Assembly: GCF_000092105.1 (NCBI RefSeq)
Contig: NC_014148.1
Location: 3,060,001 to 3,092,000 of the forward strand
Origin: Planctopirus limnophila DSM 3776
Lineage (GTDB): Bacteria > Planctomycetota > Planctomycetia > Planctomycetales > Planctomycetaceae
Direction of reading: 5' to 3'
DNA: 32,000 nt
Numbering within the stretch: position 1 is the first letter of the stretch; the number at the start of each line of letters is the position of its first letter. Positions 1-7,261 of the stretch are shown here, in pieces. The notes below the pieces were generated by a model that was not told the origin of the DNA, made no database searches, and saw nothing but the letters and a program-made list of their open reading frames with translations. The position numbers were made by a program, and so were the translations under genes.

Positions 1-921
1 AGCTATGAAGTGGCCGAGATTTCGTTTGTCGGGGATCTCACTCTTGAGGCGGCTCCAGGCGTAACACCACAGATCGTCATCGGTCACGAACCACTCAAGA
101 TCACGGCAGATACGCTGCATCTGCGAGGAATTCGTTTTCTTTTCAAACCAGATGTTTCGCAGGAAGCCGCTTCCCGATTACTCATGACGTTGCGTGCTCG
201 CAATCTCACGGTCACCGATTGTGAATTCATCTTGCCGAAAGATCCTGCGGGGCCAGCCCGTGCGGCCATTGCCTGGAGACCACCCGAGCAAAAAGATGCC
301 ACCGGTGGTGTGGCCCAGTTTGAACGGGTGCTGCAATCGGGCTCGGCGACTCTGCTTTATGCGGCGGAAACACCTCGAAAGGTCGTTTGCTCGCAGGTAT
401 TACAGAGTGAGTCTGCAGGGCTGGTCTCACTGGGAAAATCGACACGTCGCAGCGAATTCCTGTTGCAACTGAATCGCTGCACCTTGAGAGGCACCACCAG
501 TTGGCTTGATTGTCAGGGCGAATTGGCCAGTCAGGCGGGTTCTACACCCATCGAGATTGAAGCGATCGATACCGTCTGGTTACCTGCCCATGAACATGCA
601 GCCATCCTCCGCTGGCGAACAGCCTCAGAATTGCGCGCTGATTGGAAAAATGCGGTGCGGATTTCTGGCGAAGGGACGATCCTGGTCGGGCACCCGGCGA
701 TCTGTCTTTGGGATGCATTAGCTGGCCAGGCTCCTCGATTGCTTCAAGAGGAACCCACATCAATTCAGGGAGTCCTGTTCGGTGAAGTCACATTTGCCGG
801 GCCAGCTTCGGAAGACCCTGCCGATTCACAACTGGTCGACACCACGGCCCCGCTCTTCTCGGCTCAGCTACCCGGGATTGATGCTCAGCAGTTTCGGAGA
901 GCCACAGCCTTACAGAGATGA
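1..921 (+). CDS. hypothetical protein, C-terminal part (5' end lies upstream of the window)
   Basis: Frame +1 is open from base 1 (AGC TAT GAA GTG GCC ...) to the TGA at 919-921. Track ORF 10..921 is only its GTG-initiated tail. No family recognised by eye, and no TM segment or internal repeat. Confidence 0.5.
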   Translation, partial: SYEVAEISFVGDLTLEAAPGVTPQIVIGHEPLKITADTLHLRGIRFLFKPDVSQEAASRLLMTLRARNLTVTDCEFILPKDPAGPARAAIAWRPPEQKDATGGVAQFERVLQSGSATLLYAAETPRKVVCSQVLQSESAGLVSLGKSTRRSEFLLQLNRCTLRGTTSWLDCQGELASQAGSTPIEIEAIDTVWLPAHEHAAILRWRTASELRADWKNAVRISGEGTILVGHPAICLWDALAGQAPRLLQEEPTSIQGVLFGEVTFAGPASEDPADSQLVDTTAPLFSAQLPGIDAQQFRRATALQR

Positions 922-1132
922 ATCCCTGTGATTGATGGGGAAAGTGGAGCATCGGGAGTGCCATCCGCTTTCTTGAAAAATCGTGCTTTTGTGAAGTGAG
1001 ACGTACTCAATTCGTTATTGAGAAACTCCGTCACGCTTTTCTGACTGCGTATGGTCGACTACTCTTTGTCTGATGGCAGAAGATCTACAACTGCCCGACT
1101 CGTCCGTTTGACAGGGATTGACTGAAGACGAC

Positions 1133-2252
1133 ATGGATAACGAACTGATTGCACAATCCAAAGAGCTGACATCTCGCATCCTCCAGCTCCGAGACTCTCT
1201 TTGACTACGATCAGTGGCAGGCACGAGTTGCCGAGATCAACGAAGCCATGTCTGCACCCGATTTCTGGGATCACCAGGAGAAGGCGCAAGCACTGGTGAC
1301 CGAGCTGCGCAATGTGAATGGGTCTTTGAAACCACTTCAGGAACTCATTGACGGTACTGAAGAACTGGCTGTCTTGCGGGAATTTCTGGCGGAAGATGAC
1401 TCGTCAGAATCACGTGACGAAATGGTCGGCCTGCTCGCTTCCTTGCAGGAAAAATTCCAGCAGGTCGAACTCAAGGCGATGATGAGTCGTCCCGAAGACC
1501 CCTGTTCGGCTTATCTGCAGATTCAAGCGGGCGAAGGGGGAACAGATGCCTCCGACTGGGCGGCCATGCTGTTGCGAATGTACACCCGCTGGGCCGAAGA
1601 CCGTGGCTTTGAGACGGAACTGATTGAAATTTCCGAGGCGGAAGAAGCCGGTATTCGCAATGCCACACTCGCCATTCGTGGAGAGTACGTTTACGGTCTG
1701 CTAAGAGGTGAAACGGGAGTTCACCGCTTGATTCGCATCAGCCCGTTCGATGGAGCCGGTCGTCGTCAGACATCTTTTGCGGCTGTTGATGTGATCCCGG
1801 AACCGGATGACACGATTGATATCGATATCAACTGGGAAGATCCTAAGATCATCCGCGAAGATATCTTTCGCGCCAGTGGTGCGGGTGGTCAGCATGTGAA
1901 TAAAACATCCTCGGCCATTCGCTTGACTCACTTGCCCACGAATACCGTGGTTCAATGCCAGAACGAACGCAGTCAGCATAAGAATCGCTCGTGGTGCCGC
2001 AAAATGCTGGTGGCCAAGCTGCTGCAGCTTGAAACTGTCAAACGGGAAAACGAAGCGGCTCACAAGCGAGGGCAAAAGTCCAAAATTGGCTTTGGTGGCG
2101 AAACGATTCGTAACTATGTCCTCAACCCGGAGCAGTTTGTTAAAGATACTCGCACCAATCTGAAAGTTGGCACACCCATGCCCGTCCTCGACGGACGCAT
2201 TGACGAGTTTCTGGAAGCCTACTTACGCTGGGATATGGCCGAATCGGCGTAA
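1133..2252 (+). CDS. prfB: peptide chain release factor 2, expressed through a programmed +1 ribosomal frameshift (1133..1201 joined to 1203..2252)
   Basis: ORF0 runs from ATG 1133 to CTT 1199-1201 and then meets TGA 1202-1204. The +1 frame (GAC 1203-) is continuous with track ORF 1248..2252. The joined N-terminus [52 protein letters not shown] parallels E. coli RF2. The RF2-specific SPF tripeptide (RISPFD) and the GGQ motif ([11 protein letters not shown]) are present. Confidence 0.93.
1199..1205 (+). other. RF2 recoding site CTT TGA C (+1 frameshift)
   Basis: An exact match to the canonical prfB shift site lies at the junction of the two reading frames. The in-frame TGA is the stop codon read by RF2 itself. 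Confidence 0.85.
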
Positions 2253-2281
2253 GCCATCAGGCTTTCATTCTGATGAAAAAG

Positions 2282-2313
2282 GAGCACGCGCCAAACACGC
2301 GTGCTCTTTTTTT
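2282..2313 (+). terminator. intrinsic terminator after prfB
   Basis: GAGCACGCG (2282-2290) pairs with CGCGTGCTC (2298-2306) around the 7-nt loop CCAAACA, followed by TTTTTTT (2307-2313). It starts 30 nt after the prfB stop. An A-run precedes the stem, so it could act in both directions. Confidence 0.7.
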
Positions 2314-2412
2314 GACAGCATGTTTTCTATCAACACAGTAGCATTTGCAGATTGATCTGATTGAGTAAAGAATCACACAGAATTTCGGCCGTCTGAACTC
2401 TTGAGGAGAGCC

Positions 2413-2895
2413 ATGATGATTCGCCTGGAACGCATTCTGTTCCCGACAGATTTCAGCGATTTTGCCTTACCTGCCCAGCAATATGCCGCCGAACTGGCGA
2501 ACCGGCTGGGAAGCACCTTGCACCTGCTCAATGTGGTTCAAGATATCGAGATGATCTCTCCCGATCCCGCATCGCCATTTTTGCTCCCCACGGGTCAGTT
2601 GCCCGAATTGATGGCTGCGACTCAGGAAAATCTGAATTCTCTGGCGAAACCTCTGCAGGATACTGGCCTGCAAGTGGTGACAGCCGTTCGATCGGGAGTG
2701 CCATTTCTGGAAATCCTGCAATATGCCGAAGAGCAGGCGATCGACCTGATTGTGCTGGGAACTCACGGCCGCACGGGCTTAGCCCATGTGCTGCTCGGGA
2801 GCACTGCCGAGCGTATTACCCGCAAATCGCCATGCCCTGTCCTGACAGTCCGACCTCAGGCGCTGAAAGCTCATGCTGCCCAGAGTGAGGCGTAA
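2413..2895 (+). CDS. universal stress protein (UspA family)
   Basis: Track ORF 2401..2895. I prefer ATG 2413 over TTG 2401 because GGAGAG lies just upstream. The product has the Usp fold signature ILFPTDFS ... LHLLNV ... DLIVLGTHGRTGLAHVLLGSTAERITRKSPCPVLTV, which carries the G-x2-G-x9-G-S/T ATP-binding motif. Confidence 0.85.
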   Translation: MMIRLERILFPTDFSDFALPAQQYAAELANRLGSTLHLLNVVQDIEMISPDPASPFLLPTGQLPELMAATQENLNSLAKPLQDTGLQVVTAVRSGVPFLEILQYAEEQAIDLIVLGTHGRTGLAHVLLGSTAERITRKSPCPVLTVRPQALKAHAAQSEA

Positions 2896-2979
2896 CTCAT
2901 CTGCATTCATTCGGTCTACGAAATACCTCAAGTCGCATCATCTCCGAACGTTGTCTCTCCGAAAATCGTGGAAATCGTC

Positions 2980-4341
2980 ATGCCTCGAATCGCCTTGCCA
3001 CTTCTCAACAGGCCGGTTTCATTCAACAGCCTGCTGTGCGGAACATTACTTCTGAGTGGTTGCCTTTACAACGAATTTGAGCCGGTAGCGACGCCGACCA
3101 GTGATGTCGCAGTGGAAGCTCAGGCAAACTTGGCGGCTGAGAATCCCACGCCATCGACAAGCCAGGCGGCAGCACCTGCCACCTCAACGGCGGCTCCTAC
3201 TCCCGCACTCGAAGTTCCCTCGGCTGATGGAAATAACCAGCTTTCAGCCGAAGATGTTGAAGCGGGTTGGATCAAGCTTTTTGATGGCCACACACTCTTC
3301 GGCTGGCAGCCCAACTCTGAAGCCGAATGGATCGTTTCTAATGGTGAAATCCAGATTCCCGAGGGTCCCAAAGGGTTATTGTGCACCACCACCCGCTTTG
3401 CTGATTTTGAACTGCGTTGCGATGCCTGGATTGATACGACATCCAACAGTGGCATCTTCCTGCGGACTCCACTCAAGCCCACCAATCCGGCTGTCGATTG
3501 CTACGAGTTGAACATCTGCGATCAGCACCCTGCCGGCTTTACCAGTGGCAGTCTTGTGGCGAGAGCCAAACCTTCCCAGACAGTGCCGACAGCAGGTGGC
3601 TGGCACACTTATGAAGCGACCGTGGCTGGCCCGGACGTGACCGTGAAACTCGATGGTCAGGTGATGGCAACTTACAAAGATGAAACGGCCAATCCCCTCA
3701 AGACGGGCTTTATTGGTCTGCAGCAGAATGGTGGGCCGGCTCGATTTCGAAACATTTACCTCAAACCCCTCGGTTTTCAATCCCTGTGGAATGGCCAGGA
3801 TCTTTCAGGCTGGCGGGTGGTGCCCGGGAGTGTCGGGACATTTGAAGTCAAGGAAAAGTTGCTGCATGTTGCGGGTGGTCGCGGGTTTCTCGAAACCGAA
3901 ACCAAGGCTGACAATTTCATTCTGCAGTTCACGGCGCGGACTCTGGCTGACAATCTCAATGGCGGCATCTTCTTCCGAGCGATGGAAGGGACCGAGAAAG
4001 CCCCATCCCATGGTTATGAGTTTCAGATTCATAACGGGTTCAAAAATGGCGACCGCAATCAGCCACTGGATCACGGAACGGGTGCGATCTTCCGCCGGGT
4101 TTCTGCTCGTCGCATTGTCGCTAACGATAACGCATGGCTGACAGGCACACTCATCGCGGATGGACCACACTTTTCGACGTGGGTGAATGGCATTCAAATG
4201 GTGGACTGGACCGACAGCCGACAGCCGAACGTCAATCCCCGTGAAGGACTGCGATTAGAAGCGGGGCACATTAGTTTGCAGGGGCATGACCCCACGACTC
4301 AGTTCGATTTCAAATCAATCCAACTGGCGCCACTCCCTTGA
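2980..4341 (+). CDS. lipoprotein with two tandem DUF1080 (3-keto-disaccharide hydrolase-like, LamG fold) domains
   Basis: Track ORF 2968..4341 (GTG); ATG 2980 gives MPRIALPLL...LLLSGC with a lipobox L-S-G-C. There are two copies of the DUF1080 pattern. Copy 1 is GWIKLFDGHTLFGWQ ... DFELRCDAW...SNSGIFLR ... FRNIYLKPL. Copy 2 is LWNGQDLSGWRV ... NFILQFTAR...LNGGIFFR ... EFQIHN ... FKSIQLAPL. A Pro/Ala/Thr linker follows the lipobox. Confidence 0.8.
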   Translation: MPRIALPLLNRPVSFNSLLCGTLLLSGCLYNEFEPVATPTSDVAVEAQANLAAENPTPSTSQAAAPATSTAAPTPALEVPSADGNNQLSAEDVEAGWIKLFDGHTLFGWQPNSEAEWIVSNGEIQIPEGPKGLLCTTTRFADFELRCDAWIDTTSNSGIFLRTPLKPTNPAVDCYELNICDQHPAGFTSGSLVARAKPSQTVPTAGGWHTYEATVAGPDVTVKLDGQVMATYKDETANPLKTGFIGLQQNGGPARFRNIYLKPLGFQSLWNGQDLSGWRVVPGSVGTFEVKEKLLHVAGGRGFLETETKADNFILQFTARTLADNLNGGIFFRAMEGTEKAPSHGYEFQIHNGFKNGDRNQPLDHGTGAIFRRVSARRIVANDNAWLTGTLIADGPHFSTWVNGIQMVDWTDSRQPNVNPREGLRLEAGHISLQGHDPTTQFDFKSIQLAPLP

Positions 4342-4380
4342 GTTTCGCCTGGCTACTTGCAAGGAAGGATCACGAGCTAT

Positions 4381-4504
4381 ACGAGCCGGAAGCGTCAGCG
4401 ACGGGCATTTTCATTTTTTTCGACTATCAAGTTTAGCTATCAAATCGACTTGCCATGGTTCTTGCGGAAGATGAGAGTCCCCGTCGCTGACGCTTCCGGC
4501 TCGT
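4381..4504. repeat. 25-bp perfect inverted repeat (arms 4381-4405 and 4480-4504) around a 74-nt AT-richer spacer
   Basis: ACGAGCCGGAAGCGTCAGCGACGGG at 4381-4405 recurs as its exact reverse complement CCCGTCGCTGACGCTTCCGGCTCGT at 4480-4504. It lies in a 455-bp gap without a credible ORF. Confidence 0.85.
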
Positions 4505-4694
4505 CGATCTGCCTGCTGGAGACAGGGGCGGTTTCGTTGCCTGATGAAATGCCAAGCGAATTTCTCAACAGTTCAGATGGAACAACGTTAAAGTTTTCGC
4601 GTTCCCAGTCCCCTCCTGTGGTTTCAACATTTCGATAGAAACCAGAATTTCAACCGGGGCGACCCCTGCGCCGTAGAAACTTCCCCGTGCGATT

Positions 4695-4738
4695 GCAAAA
4701 GTTCTGCTTGCCTTCCCCCGGCGCGGGAGGTGAATATC
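4695..4738 (+). repeat. 44-nt dispersed intergenic repeat, copy A
   Basis: GCAAAAGTTCTGCTTGCCTTCCCCCGGCGCGGGAGGTGAATATC is 43/44 identical to 6151-6194 in the same orientation. Confidence 0.85.
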
Positions 4739-4797
4739 AGCGGCGACGGACAGGTGGTCAAATGTTTTCGAATGAGTGCCAAGTGGGGAATGCCATT

Positions 4798-6039
4798 ATG
4801 CAACGGGCATTGGGGCTGGTCGTGGTGATCGCATTGCTTGCCGACGCGCACAGTACGCGGGCTGAGGAGATTCGCGAGGGAACGCGGGTCGTCGTGATCG
4901 CCGAGAAATCCGAACTGCAGGTCTCCGGTAAACCGGCGGGCACCGTGCCGGAATGCTCGATTTTCACCGTGGGCAAAGTGTCCCCCCCCTGGTTGTGGAT
5001 CCCCTCCCAGCAGGCGTATCTGCTGCAGCGTGATGTCATTCCCTTCACCGACGCCATCGATCACTACACCCGCCAAATCGCGGCGAATCCCACGGCCAAT
5101 GCCTATTGGAACCGTGCCCAGATCTGGCGAATGAAGGGGGAACTCGACATCGCTCTGGCGGATATGAACGAGGCAATACAACGCAGCCCGGGGGTTGATG
5201 CGTGGCACAACAATCGTGGGCTATTGTGGCGAAATAAAGGAAATGAGGAACAGGCCATTTCGGATTTCAATGAGGCCATTCGGCTAAATCCGAAGATTTT
5301 TCAAGCATATTCCAACCGTGGTAATTCATGGCGGTTAAAGGGGGAGCTCGACAAAGCCCTGGCCGACTACACAGAGGCCTTGCGACTCACACCAACCTCG
5401 GAAAGAATAAAAGTTTTGAACTCTGATGAACGAACTGGCGGCGATTCCTCCCAGCTGACAGACTCCAGAGCCGAAACCTACTTCGCCCGTGGCTACACGT
5501 GGGAAGCGAAGGGCGATCTCGATCAAGCGATGGCAGATTACAACGAGGCTATCCGACTCAACCCGAGAAACATACATGCCTACTACAGCCGAGGAGCGAG
5601 CCATTTTGTGCAAGGCCACTCCAAAGCTCTCACCGACTGTGATAAACTTCTCGAACTGGAGAAAGGTGTTGGCGAATATTCGGCCTACGCCATCATTCTC
5701 GGGAACCTGGCCGCCCGGCGGGTTGACCAGCCTGCCGCAGCCGCGAAATTCCTGGCATCTGCCTCGAAGCTCAAGAACGAGTGGCCGCAACCCATTGTGC
5801 GCTACCTCCAGCGGGAACTGACAGCCGACGAATTGCTGCAACTGGCCGTCGATCAGGACAAGCGGACCGATGCCGAGTGCTACATCGGTCTAGATGCTCT
5901 CCTCGACAACCGCCCCGACGAAGCCCGGACCCGCTTCCAGTGGGTGGATGACAATGGCACAAAAACCTTCGTTGCGTACGACATGGCCCGCCACGAGTTG
6001 CGAAAACTCGACGGCTCCCAGTCAAAGCCCTCCCCATGA
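4798..6039 (+). CDS. secreted tetratricopeptide (TPR) repeat protein
   Basis: Track ORF 4687..6039. The start at ATG 4798 gives a signal peptide, MQRALGLVVVIALLADAHSTRAEE. The longer version would translate the 44-nt repeat. There are multiple 34-aa TPR units (AYWNRAQIWRMKGELDIALADMNEAIQRSP, AWHNRGLLWRNKGNEEQAISDFNEAIRLNP, AYSNRGNSWRLKGELDKALADYTEALRLTP, TYFARGYTWEAKGDLDQAMADYNEAIRLNP). Confidence 0.8.
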   Translation: MQRALGLVVVIALLADAHSTRAEEIREGTRVVVIAEKSELQVSGKPAGTVPECSIFTVGKVSPPWLWIPSQQAYLLQRDVIPFTDAIDHYTRQIAANPTANAYWNRAQIWRMKGELDIALADMNEAIQRSPGVDAWHNNRGLLWRNKGNEEQAISDFNEAIRLNPKIFQAYSNRGNSWRLKGELDKALADYTEALRLTPTSERIKVLNSDERTGGDSSQLTDSRAETYFARGYTWEAKGDLDQAMADYNEAIRLNPRNIHAYYSRGASHFVQGHSKALTDCDKLLELEKGVGEYSAYAIILGNLAARRVDQPAAAAKFLASASKLKNEWPQPIVRYLQRELTADELLQLAVDQDKRTDAECYIGLDALLDNRPDEARTRFQWVDDNGTKTFVAYDMARHELRKLDGSQSKPSP

Positions 6040-6150
6040 ACCCGCCGCAAGCTGGTGGAGGCGTGGTTCCACGCGACGTTGAACGTCCCGATGCCTTTGC
6101 CAGACGCCACCCATCCGTACCTGCGAAAAGTCGCCATCTCCGGGGAGTTC

Positions 6151-6194
6151 GCAAAAGTTCTGCTTGCCTTCACCCGGCGCGGGAGGTGAATATC
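6151..6194 (+). repeat. 44-nt dispersed intergenic repeat, copy B
   Basis: GCAAAAGTTCTGCTTGCCTTCACCCGGCGCGGGAGGTGAATATC has one mismatch to copy A. It lies 112 nt after the TPR gene stop. Confidence 0.85.
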
Positions 6195-6225
6195 GGTCAG
6201 TTAGTAGACTAACACGGCTGTTCAA

Positions 6226-6255
6226 CATGCTTGCTCGGAGCCGCAAGCATGGCAC
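6226..6255. repeat. 30-nt hairpin-forming repeat, copy 1 (REP-like)
   Basis: CATGCTTGC-TCGGAGCC-GCAAGCATG-GCAC forms a 9-bp stem with an 8-nt loop and is 29/30 identical to 12950-12979. It lies between the convergent TPR gene and lpxI. Confidence 0.8.
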
Positions 6256-6299
6256 TCTCGGCGAATATACCCTGGTATTCGAACGATCTGGAAACCGAA

Positions 6300-7184
6300 T
6301 CAGGCGGCGATGTGCTGTTCGACTTCGTCGGCGTTGAGGGAGACAATGGCGATTCCCAGCTTATCGGCCAGTTCGACCGCTTCGGGTTCATCGATGATGA
6401 TCGTTTGCCCGGCCTCGACAGCCAGTACGCGGCCACCCGCTTCGTGCATCGTGCGGATCGTTTGAATCCCGATTGTCGGGACATCAAAGCGGCGATCCTG
6501 ATTGGGCTTGGCCACCTTGACGACTGTGAATCCGCCGCGACGGCAGAGTTCGGCAGCACGGCGAATACAGCGATCGGTTCCCTCGATGGCCTCGACGGCA
6601 ATGACTGCCATGTCATTCACCACGACTGACTGGCCGACATCGAGCCGCCCCATTTCCTTGGCCAGACTCCAACCAAAGCGAATGTCGCGCCATTGGGCAT
6701 CGGTGGGTTTTCGCCGGGTGAGAAATCCATGTTTCACAAGCAACTCCGGGCAATAATCAAGGGCGGAATCGAAATGGAAGTTATCACGCTCAAACTCGCG
6801 GATCACCGCCAGTAAGATGGTGTCATCTTTGCGGTTGGATGTGGCAAAGCTGTACCACATGCGGAGTGTCCGGAAGTCGGGGAGCAGCCGAAAGATTCTC
6901 CACGACTGAAACAGGACGGTTTTTTCGATCTTTCCCGCCATGATCAGTCGATCAACGCGATGCCGCTTGAAGACCTTCATGGCGTAGCCAAATCGAGCCA
7001 GTGGCCCTTCCTGATAGATGTGGCAATGCTCTGCCAGCTCGGGAGAAGCCATGCCGGCAACACCGACACAAACGACTTTGATCCCCTGCTTTTTGGCAGC
7101 TTCCGCAAAGGAAATCGGAAACCTGCCAGCACCTGCCAGCAGGCCCACTCTTTGCGCGGATCCTGGAACATCCATGCTCATCAT
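6300..7184 (-). CDS. lpxI: UDP-2,3-diacylglucosamine pyrophosphatase LpxI (DUF1009 family)
   Basis: The 294-aa product shows the LpxI pattern as I remember it from the Caulobacter enzyme: GLLAGAGRFP near the N-terminus, GRLDVGQSVVV, AVEAIEGTDRCIRR, and VVKVAKPNQDRRFDVPTIG. It lies immediately downstream of lpxD on the same strand. Confidence 0.85.
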   Translation of the reverse strand: MMSMDVPGSAQRVGLLAGAGRFPISFAEAAKKQGIKVVCVGVAGMASPELAEHCHIYQEGPLARFGYAMKVFKRHRVDRLIMAGKIEKTVLFQSWRIFRLLPDFRTLRMWYSFATSNRKDDTILLAVIREFERDNFHFDSALDYCPELLVKHGFLTRRKPTDAQWRDIRFGWSLAKEMGRLDVGQSVVVNDMAVIAVEAIEGTDRCIRRAAELCRRGGFTVVKVAKPNQDRRFDVPTIGIQTIRTMHEAGGRVLAVEAGQTIIIDEPEAVELADKLGIAIVSLNADEVEQHIAA

Positions 7185-7261
7185 GACGAACGAACATCCT
7201 GTTCGAAAGTTTGTGATTCACTGCCAGTTATTGAGCTTACTCAAGAAAACCAGCTTCTGAT

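Noticed and set aside
4357-4638. 93-aa ORF across the 25-bp inverted repeat
   Set aside because: Its sequence is dictated by the two repeat arms (SRKRQRR / VADASGS) and an AT-rich spacer. It has no start context, no motifs and low complexity.
4687-4797. N-terminal extension of the TPR protein to the GTG at 4687
   Set aside because: It would translate the 44-nt dispersed repeat and place ~37 residues in front of an otherwise typical signal peptide that begins at ATG 4798.
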